The position numbers and the translations under genes were made by a program. This document shows positions 8,806-16,336 of a stretch of DNA of 40,308 nucleotides, piece by piece (position 1 is the first letter of the stretch; the number at the start of each line of letters is the position of its first letter). The DNA lies in the IMG/VR virus record IMGVR_UViG_3300022178_002955, positions 1 through 40,308 of that record. One strand, 5' to 3'. This DNA is from a virus (Duplodnaviria > Caudoviricetes). Under the pieces are notes generated by a model that had not been told where the DNA came from, did not search any database, and saw only the letters and a program-made list of their open reading frames with translations.

Positions 8806-9177
8806 ATGGCAACAACAAACATAGTAGATAAAGATGGAAATAGCATAGCAGCATCAGATGCAACAGTGCCATCAGACAGACATTTTAGAAATGCGTGGTC
8901 ATTATCTGGTAAAACAATAACAGAAGATTTAACTGAATCTAAAAAAATTTTTCAAGATAAGATTAGAGAAGTTAGAACTCCGTTATTAGCAGCAGAAGAT
9001 GTCGTGTATATGAAAGCATTAGAAGGTGCAGACACAGATGCACAAGCAGCAAGTGTAGCAAAAAAGAAAGCTCTTAGAGATGCACCTGCGGCAAGTGCAA
9101 TATCAAGTGCAGATACTATTGCTAAGTTAAAAGCAGCTTGGGATACAAGTGTATTAGGCGATAGTCCATACGCATAG
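8806..9177 (+). CDS. Tail fibre assembly chaperone-like protein
   Basis: VPSDRHFRNAW plus IREVRTPLL..KKKALRDAP (R..R..LL / ALRD chaperone signature). Confidence 0.65.
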   Translation: MATTNIVDKDGNSIAASDATVPSDRHFRNAWSLSGKTITEDLTESKKIFQDKIREVRTPLLAAEDVVYMKALEGADTDAQAASVAKKKALRDAPAASAISSADTIAKLKAAWDTSVLGDSPYA

Positions 9178-9186
9178 GAGTAACGG

Positions 9187-9807
9187 ATGGCATTAACAAA
9201 AGTAATAGGAGCAGGTGTAGGAACTGTAAACGATTTAGTCATTGCTGATGCAGGGAACATAGGCAGTGCTAGTGATACAGATGCAATAGCTATTTCTAGT
9301 GGTGGTGTGGTTACTCTCTCAGCATCTTCACAGAGAGCACAAACTTTTGTACTACAAGCTGATGAAGCAGGTGATGGAGCAGCACAAACTTTAACAAATT
9401 GGGCTGAACAAAGTGGTGATTACACAAGACTAGGTGCAGCTAATTTTTCTGAAAGTGCAGGCATATTTAGTTCAGCAACTACTGGCACATTTTTAGTTCT
9501 TTTCACAATATCAATAAATGCAGAAGATGCTCAAGATGCTTTTGATTCAAGAATAGAAATAAGCACAGATAGTGGTAGTAATTTTACTGGTAGAGCCGTT
9601 GTATATAATACTGGTGGCTCGGTAGGTGGTGGAAATCCTTTTGTAGGGGCTACCCATCAAACTATATTTACAGTATCTAACACGACTACGTTTAGATTAC
9701 GTTATAGACTTGGTGCAGTCAACTCTGTTGCAACCCAGAATGAAATATTGGGCGATGCTAATCAAGCAGAAACCTCTATAACTTTTATAAAACTTGGAGT
9801 GATTTAA
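9187..9807 (+). CDS. Short tail fibre/spike with a C1q/TNF-like C-terminal domain
   Basis: MALTKV start; IGSASDTDAIAISSGGVV shaft motif; GIFS..TGTFLV..TSITFIKLG jelly-roll pattern. Confidence 0.6.
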   Translation: MALTKVIGAGVGTVNDLVIADAGNIGSASDTDAIAISSGGVVTLSASSQRAQTFVLQADEAGDGAAQTLTNWAEQSGDYTRLGAANFSESAGIFSSATTGTFLVLFTISINAEDAQDAFDSRIEISTDSGSNFTGRAVVYNTGGSVGGGNPFVGATHQTIFTVSNTTTFRLRYRLGAVNSVATQNEILGDANQAETSITFIKLGVI

Positions 9808-10187
9808 TGGATATGAAGAATCAACTGTTAATTATTTCAGCTTTGAGAGTTCTTAATATAAGAGATTGGTACTTAAAAAGAACTCCTACTAATGAAACAG
9901 AGTTTAAAGAAAAGTTTTCAAAAAAAGATGGAAGTGAACCAGATGTAACATGGTCACAAATACAAACAGCATTAGCAGATGGTGGTGTAGTAGCTATGAC
10001 AGAGTTACGTAAACAAAGAACTGCACTATTAGCAGAAACAGATTGGATGTCAGCATCTGATTATACAATGACAAATGCGTGGAAAACATATAGACAGGCA
10101 CTTAGAGATTTACCTGCTAATAATAAAACTGCAAGTTGGGATGGAACTACATTAGGCAATGTATCGTTTCCAACTAAACCGAGTTAA
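9807..10187 (+). CDS. Tail fibre assembly chaperone
   Basis: LRKQRTALLAETDW..WKTYRQALRDLP..FPTKP, the classic phage tail assembly chaperone motif. Confidence 0.8.
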   Translation: MDMKNQLLIISALRVLNIRDWYLKRTPTNETEFKEKFSKKDGSEPDVTWSQIQTALADGGVVAMTELRKQRTALLAETDWMSASDYTMTNAWKTYRQALRDLPANNKTASWDGTTLGNVSFPTKPS

Positions 10188-10197
10188 GGAATAAACA

Positions 10198-10656
10198 ATG
10201 CCATACATAGGTAGATCAGAAAATTTTGGTGTAAGAAGCAGGTTCCAGTATCAAGCCACGGCTGGACAAACCAGTTTTAGTGGATCGGATGCCAACTCAC
10301 TTGTACTAAGTTATAACGATACATTGTATATGGATGTATATCAAAACGGAATATTGTTAGTACCTGGAGATGACTATACGGCAACAACGGGTACAACTGT
10401 TGTATTAGTTCAAGCAGCGAGTTTAAATGATATAGTAGAAATGGTTGTCTATGATGTCTTTACTGTAGCCAATAGTTATACAAAGTCCGAAGCTGATACA
10501 AGATACCCATTTAAGGGTAACAATAGTATTATAAGATTAAATGGACAAACAATCAGTGCAGATATTACAATAGATAGTGATGAGAATGGTGTAAGTGGTG
10601 GTCCTATAACGCAAAGTGCAACAGTCACTGTTAATGGATATTGGAGTATTGTATGA
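10198..10656 (+). CDS. Tail fibre anchor protein (module B)
   Basis: MPYIG start; ATAGQTSF..VYQNGILL..DYTATTGTTVVL; C-terminal ATVTVNGYWSIV parallels 6602..7051. Confidence 0.7.
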   Translation: MPYIGRSENFGVRSRFQYQATAGQTSFSGSDANSLVLSYNDTLYMDVYQNGILLVPGDDYTATTGTTVVLVQAASLNDIVEMVVYDVFTVANSYTKSEADTRYPFKGNNSIIRLNGQTISADITIDSDENGVSGGPITQSATVTVNGYWSIV

Positions 10657-11084
10657 CAAGTCAATTAAATGTAGACACCATTGTAGATAAAGCAGGTAGT
10701 GGTGGCACGAATGTAAAGGTAAAAGGCTCTAATTCTACTTATGTAAGTGGAACAACTACACAGAATTTAGTTGATAGTTTAGCTAAATCTTATGTAGCTT
10801 ATCAAACCACTAATCCTACAGGCGTAATTAGCAGTCAAAGTTTTAATCATTCTTCTTTAACTGATGTTGGTGCTGGAACTACTAAGTTATACGTTACAAA
10901 TCCTCGTTCTCAAGCAAAATGTCCATCCTCTCACTCTGGGGGAGATGGTTCTGCTGGCTATTCAGCTTGGATGAGAGAAGAAGAGATGACAACAACACAG
11001 TATGGAACTGGAACTGGAAATAATAACTTTAGCTCTCAAGATGGTGACTATCATTGTGTTCTTACTTACGGAGACCTCGCATAA
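10653..11084 (+). CDS. Fibre-tip paralogue B1 (GDLA family); start revised from 10641
   Basis: SD GGAG 10643-10646 and ATGA overlap; LAKSY..SFNHSSLTDVGAG..YGDLA. Confidence 0.72.
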   Translation: MTSQLNVDTIVDKAGSGGTNVKVKGSNSTYVSGTTTQNLVDSLAKSYVAYQTTNPTGVISSQSFNHSSLTDVGAGTTKLYVTNPRSQAKCPSSHSGGDGSAGYSAWMREEEMTTTQYGTGTGNNNFSSQDGDYHCVLTYGDLA

Positions 11085-11488
11085 TGGCTAGTGAACTTAA
11101 AGTAGATAAATTTACAGGTGTAACCACAGCAGGTTCTATACTTGTTACAGGTGAAGGCAATAGTACAACAACTAATCTGCAACAAGGTTTAGCAAAGTGT
11201 TGGTCGGTAAATTTTACATTAGCATCAAGTAGTGGTGCAGCTGAAGATAGTTTTAATTTGGCTTCAACTACAGATAATTCTACAGGTGACGCAAGTTGTA
11301 ATTTTACAAATGCTTATGCAAATATAGGTTTTACTTCTCTTGTAATGGCAGGAAATAATGGAGATGTTTTTGGAGCTACAAAATATGCAGATGCAACAAC
11401 TTTTGCAAGACTTCAGTTATACAGACAAGCCACAACTTCTGTAGTAGATAATGCTTTTTCATTGATTACACATGGAGATTTAGCATAA
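11084..11488 (+). CDS. Fibre-tip paralogue B2 (GDLA family); start revised from 11054
   Basis: TAATG coupling; GEGNSTTTNLQQGLAKCW..DSFNLASTTDNSTG..HGDLA. Confidence 0.75.
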   Translation: MASELKVDKFTGVTTAGSILVTGEGNSTTTNLQQGLAKCWSVNFTLASSSGAAEDSFNLASTTDNSTGDASCNFTNAYANIGFTSLVMAGNNGDVFGATKYADATTFARLQLYRQATTSVVDNAFSLITHGDLA

Positions 11489-11883
11489 TGGCTAGTATAT
11501 TAAGAGTAAACACATTAACAGATGCAAGTAGTAATAATTCAACACCTATGGCTACTGTTAATCAGGGAACAGCAAAGGCTTGGACTCACTTTCAAGGAAC
11601 GTCAACTGCTGCATTAATTAATTCATTTAATATGGCAAGTCTTACTGACACAGCAGCAGGTAGATTTACTTTAAACTTCACAAGTAATTTTGGAGATGCT
11701 AGTTACGCAGGTTCTATGATGACAGGAAATGATGGCACTACTTCAGTAGGAAGGTCACAAATGATTGATGCTACTCCTACCACAAGTGCTTTTGCCATAA
11801 GAGGTGTAAGTAGTAATGGTGATGCAGATTCTTTAACAGATGACACCAATATGCTTGCAACATTACACGGAGACTCAGCATGA
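11488..11883 (+). CDS. Fibre-tip paralogue B3 (GDLA family)
   Basis: QGTAKAW..NSFNMASLTDTAAGRF..HGDSA. Confidence 0.75.
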   Translation: MASILRVNTLTDASSNNSTPMATVNQGTAKAWTHFQGTSTAALINSFNMASLTDTAAGRFTLNFTSNFGDASYAGSMMTGNDGTTSVGRSQMIDATPTTSAFAIRGVSSNGDADSLTDDTNMLATLHGDSA

Positions 11884-12986
11884 CCAAAGCAGCAGAATTA
11901 GCAAAGATGGGTGAAGTCCTAACCAATAGTCAGATTGGTGGGCGAAGGAATATTGTTATCAATGGTGCAATGCAAGTGGCACAGAGAAGTGCAAGTGTTA
12001 CTGGATTAGGTGCGGCAACTGGTTATTTTACTTGTGATAGGTGGCAGATGGCAGAAAATGATGCGTCTGCTGGTAGATTTACAATGTCACAAACTGCTGA
12101 TGGTCCTAATGGTGTTTCTGCTAACTGTCTAAAATTAGATTGTACTACAGCAGATACATCTATTGCAGCAGGTGAGGTACTTCAGATTCTGCAAAAATTT
12201 GAAGGGCAGGATTTACAAAGCATTGGTAAAGGTACAACTGGTGCAAAAGAAATAACAGTTAGCTTTTATGTTAAGGCTAGTGCTGCATTTGATTTTGTAT
12301 GTGAATTATATGATTTAGATAACGGCAGACAAATATCTAAGTTATTTTCTACTACAACAGGTTGGGTAAGACATGAATTTACATTTCCTGCTGACGTTGA
12401 TGATGGGTCTAGTCCATTTGATGATGATAATGCTGCAAGTTTGCAATTAAGTTTTTGGCTTCATGGTGGTTCAACTTTTACAAGTGGCACATTAAACACA
12501 GCATCATGGGCTAACGCTACAAACGCCAATCGTGCAGCAGGAATAGATAGCTTTTTTAGTAGTACAGACAACAATTTCTTTATTACTGGAGTCCAACTAG
12601 AAGTAGGCTCTCAAGCCACACCATTTGAGCATAGGTCATTTGGGGAAGAACTAGCTTTGTGTCAGAGGTATTATGAAGTAACAGGAGCAGGTCAACCTGC
12701 TAAAGCAAATAGTACTACTGGTATTTGGTGTGGTTTTCAATTTAAAACACAAAAAAGAGCAGCTCCTTCAATATCCCTTACTGCTGCAAATCAAAGATTT
12801 TTTGAATTTGGTGTTGCAAATAGAGATACGAGTAGTGGTTCGTTAGTACAAACATATCTCACTACTAAAAGCTGTTTACTGAGAATAGAAGGATATAGTG
12901 GTATTACTGCTGGTAATACTTATTTATCAGGTGGATTAGTATCAGATGAAACAGCAGATACTTTCATAGCAGAATCAGAACTTTAA
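11880..12986 (+). CDS. Tail fibre/receptor-binding protein with a putative carbohydrate-binding domain
   Basis: RNIVINGAMQVAQR..DRW..ITGVQLEVGSQATPFEHRSFGEELALCQRYY motif common in marine phage fibres. Confidence 0.75.
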   Translation: MTKAAELAKMGEVLTNSQIGGRRNIVINGAMQVAQRSASVTGLGAATGYFTCDRWQMAENDASAGRFTMSQTADGPNGVSANCLKLDCTTADTSIAAGEVLQILQKFEGQDLQSIGKGTTGAKEITVSFYVKASAAFDFVCELYDLDNGRQISKLFSTTTGWVRHEFTFPADVDDGSSPFDDDNAASLQLSFWLHGGSTFTSGTLNTASWANATNANRAAGIDSFFSSTDNNFFITGVQLEVGSQATPFEHRSFGEELALCQRYYEVTGAGQPAKANSTTGIWCGFQFKTQKRAAPSISLTAANQRFFEFGVANRDTSSGSLVQTYLTTKSCLLRIEGYSGITAGNTYLSGGLVSDETADTFIAESEL

Positions 12987-12995
12987 GAGGTTTAT

Positions 12996-13154
12996 ATGAA
13001 TATAACAAAAGCAAAATATTCAGAAGAAAATAAATGTATTTTAGCAACAATAGATGACACCAAATGGGCAGTACCACTAGACCCTGCTAACAGACACTAC
13101 ATAGCAATCCAAGAATGGGTAGCTGAAGGCAATACAATAGAGGAAGCTGATTGA
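12996..13154 (+). CDS. 52-aa fibre-associated protein (not in ORF track)
   Basis: SD GAGG; MNITKAKY..VPLDPANRHYIAIQEWVAEGNTIEEAD; fills the gap and overlaps the next ATG (TGATG). Confidence 0.8.
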   Translation: MNITKAKYSEENKCILATIDDTKWAVPLDPANRHYIAIQEWVAEGNTIEEAD

Positions 13155-13636
13155 TGTTAGGTGCTTCTACATTTGCTGAACATGCGATAGCAAATCAAGG
13201 AGTTCTATTCTTTGGTGTATCAGAACAAAGTGGTATATCATCAAGTGCTAATGCAGGTGTAGGAATTATGTCTGGTGTTGCCACAATGGATGGCAACTTT
13301 ACAAAAACATCTGCGGGTATACTTATAACAGGTGGTGCAAACTCAGACATGAGTTTTAGTGGATTGCAAAGTGAGTCAACAGCTTTCCTAGTTAATGTAG
13401 GTGTGTCTAGTATGGAATCAGCATTTACAGAAACATCAAATGGTATTATGATAGGGTCAGGTGTTGCAACAAAAGATTTTAATGTAACTCAAACATCTGT
13501 AGGTAATTTATTGTATGTAGAAGTAAATGCAGGTGCCACGGAAGAAAGTTATACAACTATTACACCTAGTGGTACAGAGACTTATACGCAAATAACTCCG
13601 TCTGGTATTGAAACGTGGACAGAAATAGAGGTTTAA
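13154..13636 (+). CDS. Virion protein with C-terminal 11-aa repeats
   Basis: ATG at 13154 coupled to the upstream stop; SYTTITPSGTE/TYTQITPSGIE/TWTEI. Confidence 0.65.
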   Translation: MLGASTFAEHAIANQGVLFFGVSEQSGISSSANAGVGIMSGVATMDGNFTKTSAGILITGGANSDMSFSGLQSESTAFLVNVGVSSMESAFTETSNGIMIGSGVATKDFNVTQTSVGNLLYVEVNAGATEESYTTITPSGTETYTQITPSGIETWTEIEV

Positions 13637-13637
13637 T

Positions 13638-14930
13638 ATGGCAAGTACATATACAGCAAACACAGGAATAGAAAAAATAGGATCTGGCGAACAAGCGGGA
13701 GCCTGGGGAACGACAACCAACACAAACTTCGACATTATAGATGATGCGTTGAATGGTGTTATTACCTTAACTATATCTGGCAATACAACATTAACATCAA
13801 GTGATGGTACATTATCAAATGGTCATCACAAAGTATTACTATTAGGTGGCACACCTTCTGGTGCATTTAACTTAACAATAGATCCTAACGATCAACAAAA
13901 GTGGTATTTTATAAATAATTCTACTGGTCAAGTGGCTACTGTAAAACAAGGCGGTGGTTCGGGAACCACGGTTACTATAAATAATGGTACATCAGCTATT
14001 GTTTATGCAGACGGGTCTGGATCAAATGCGAATGTCGGTACAATATCCACGGATGTTATTGGAGATACCTCTCCACAATTAGGTGGTAATTTGGATACTA
14101 ATGGTAAGAACATAAACTTTGGTGATTCAGCATCAGCAGGTAGTGACGATACGCTTCAGTTTGGTGCTTCTCAAGATTTAAAAATATATCATCATGCAAC
14201 TAATGGTTCTTTTATAGTTGATAGTGGAACAGGGTATTTATTTATACAAGGTGGTGCACAGATAAGGTTGCAAAATACTAATGGTGAAGAATACATAATT
14301 TGTGAGGGTGATGGTGCAGTAACACTTTATCACAACAATAGTGCTAAAATTGCAACATCAGCTACTGGTGTAACGGTTACGGGAAGCATAGCCAATGCTT
14401 CTGGAGACATGACAATAGATGTTGCAGGTGATCTTACATTAGACGCAGATGGTGGTGATATTAAATTACAAGATGGTGGTGTGGAGTTTGGTAGACTATC
14501 AAGTTCTAGTAATGATTTTGTAATTTTTGCACCTACACAAGACAAAGACGTTATTGTTAAAGGTAATGATGGCGGATCTACAATTACAGCATTAACAATA
14601 GATATGTCTGCTGCAGGAGCAGCAACATTTAATAATGATGTAACTGCTTTTTCTGATAGACGATTAAAGACAGATATAGAACCAATAACAAATGCTTTGT
14701 CAAAAGTTATGAGGATGCAAGGTGTTCACTACAAAAGAAATGATATTGAAAATGCCAAAGAACAAATTGGCGTTATAGCACAAGATATGGAAACCATTGT
14801 ACCAGAGGTTGTATTGACGGCTGATGATGAAATGCAAACCAAGTCTGTTGATTACGGCAAACTATGTGCTGTGCTTATAGAAAGTATAAAAGAATTAAAA
14901 GCAGAAATCGATGAATTAAAGAAGAAATAA
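13638..14930 (+). CDS. Long tail fibre with a C-terminal intramolecular chaperone (peptidase S74)
   Basis: GEQAGAWGTTTNTN N-terminus; DTSPQLGGNLD; SDRRLKTDI..GVIAQD..VDYGKL plus terminal coiled coil. Confidence 0.85.
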   Translation: MASTYTANTGIEKIGSGEQAGAWGTTTNTNFDIIDDALNGVITLTISGNTTLTSSDGTLSNGHHKVLLLGGTPSGAFNLTIDPNDQQKWYFINNSTGQVATVKQGGGSGTTVTINNGTSAIVYADGSGSNANVGTISTDVIGDTSPQLGGNLDTNGKNINFGDSASAGSDDTLQFGASQDLKIYHHATNGSFIVDSGTGYLFIQGGAQIRLQNTNGEEYIICEGDGAVTLYHNNSAKIATSATGVTVTGSIANASGDMTIDVAGDLTLDADGGDIKLQDGGVEFGRLSSSSNDFVIFAPTQDKDVIVKGNDGGSTITALTIDMSAAGAATFNNDVTAFSDRRLKTDIEPITNALSKVMRMQGVHYKRNDIENAKEQIGVIAQDMETIVPEVVLTADDEMQTKSVDYGKLCAVLIESIKELKAEIDELKKK

Positions 14931-14932
14931 TC

Positions 14933-16336
14933 ATGGCGTTAGCGGGATCAGGAGCAATAAGTTTTGCCAACATAAGGGATGAATTTAGTCCTGGGAGCAA
15001 CACCTCGGTTTCTCTTAGTGATTATTATCGTCAAGGCAGTAAGATTAGAGCCAAGGCGGGAGACAATAACGCAACTCATTTAGCCTCTGATGTGCCAACA
15101 AGTGGTGCTTTAGCTCTTAGTGATTATTACGGAACGGGGATTGGTTTTCAATTTACAATAAGTTCTGATGCTACAAATCAAAACCTATCAACTATCTTTG
15201 GTGATGATTACGATCTTGACTATCCTAAACTTGTTGTTATTAACTCTGGTGTCACAGTCGGTGGTACAAGTACAAGCACTCCAGCTATCAATGTTCCCTC
15301 TGGTGGAGCAGGCACAATTACTATAACCAATGGTGGTAATATATATGGTAAAGGTGGAGCGGCAGGTGCCGTAGGTGGTGATGCGATTGTTGCTGCAACT
15401 GCTTGTAATATTGTCAATAACGGCAACATCAAATCTGGTGGTGGAGGTGGAGGTAATGGTGGTGCTGGTGGAGCAGGTACGACTTCTGTTAATTCAGCAT
15501 TAAATAATTTTGTAGATGAAGGTGGTGCTCCTTATGGTAGTGGTAACGCACCCGCAAATGACGCACCTTCTTGGTTTAGTGCATATAGTCCTGCTTTAAA
15601 TGGTGCAGGTGTGGTAGGAGATAGAAAATGGGGAGGAGTAAATAATTCTAATCCTCAATCTGGATCTGTAAACACAACATGGGGATGGCATACATCATCT
15701 AGTAATTTTAATGGAGTTCTCGCAAATAGAGGTCCTTTCTATTGTTCTTTTCAACTAGGAACAACTGGTACTTATACTATGACAGGTAGTATAAATAATG
15801 GTACTTATGGTAGTGGATATGGAAGTGTTTTAATAAATTTAAGCACTAGTAACACTTCCAAAAGCCAAGGACAAGGTGGTGGTGACTACACTTCTGGTCA
15901 AACAGCAAACTTAGATGCAGATACAACATATTATTTTCTTGCTAACTTAACCACTTCGGGTAATAGAAATTTATACTACAATACTTTTTCAGTTAATTTT
16001 AATCTTACTACTAATAGTGTTACATCTGGCGGATCGGCTGGATCTGGTGGTGCAGGTGCTAGTTACAATGCTTCGGCAGGGAATGGAAGTTCTGGTGGAT
16101 CTGGTGGCACAAATGCGGGATCTGGTGGTGCAGGCGGTAATGGTGGTGCACTAGGTGTAGCTGGATCAAACGGTACTGCTGGTGGTAATGGCAGTGGTAC
16201 AGGTGTTTCTTTTCCATCAACGGCTCCAGTTAACGGCTCTTCTGGATCATCTGGTGGTGCAGCAGGGAAGTATATTAATGGTCAAAGTAATGTTACACTA
16301 ACAAACAACGGAACAGTAGCAGGAAACATAGCATAA
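14933..16336 (+). CDS. Glycine-rich fibre-tip adhesin (T-even gp38-like architecture)
   Basis: SGAIS..I..EF/SLSDYY N-terminus; NGGNIYGKGG, NNGNIKSGGGGGG and polyglycine segments; follows the S74-bearing fibre. Confidence 0.7.
   Translation: MALAGSGAISFANIRDEFSPGSNTSVSLSDYYRQGSKIRAKAGDNNATHLASDVPTSGALALSDYYGTGIGFQFTISSDATNQNLSTIFGDDYDLDYPKLVVINSGVTVGGTSTSTPAINVPSGGAGTITITNGGNIYGKGGAAGAVGGDAIVAATACNIVNNGNIKSGGGGGGNGGAGGAGTTSVNSALNNFVDEGGAPYGSGNAPANDAPSWFSAYSPALNGAGVVGDRKWGGVNNSNPQSGSVNTTWGWHTSSSNFNGVLANRGPFYCSFQLGTTGTYTMTGSINNGTYGSGYGSVLINLSTSNTSKSQGQGGGDYTSGQTANLDADTTYYFLANLTTSGNRNLYYNTFSVNFNLTTNSVTSGGSAGSGGAGASYNASAGNGSSGGSGGTNAGSGGAGGNGGALGVAGSNGTAGGNGSGTGVSFPSTAPVNGSSGSSGGAAGKYINGQSNVTLTNNGTVAGNIA

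Noticed and set aside
7483-11883. CRISPR-like array from the GGAGAC..GCAT repeats
   Set aside because: Repeats are short, degenerate and about 400 nt apart with coding spacers; no cas genes.
6602-12986. Diversity-generating retroelement or invertible shufflon as the explanation for the tip paralogues
   Set aside because: No reverse transcriptase, no near-identical TR/VR pair differing at adenines, no invertase, and all cassettes are in direct orientation.
15421-16270. GGT/GGA-rich low-complexity repeats
   Set aside because: Explained by polyglycine coding in the adhesin.
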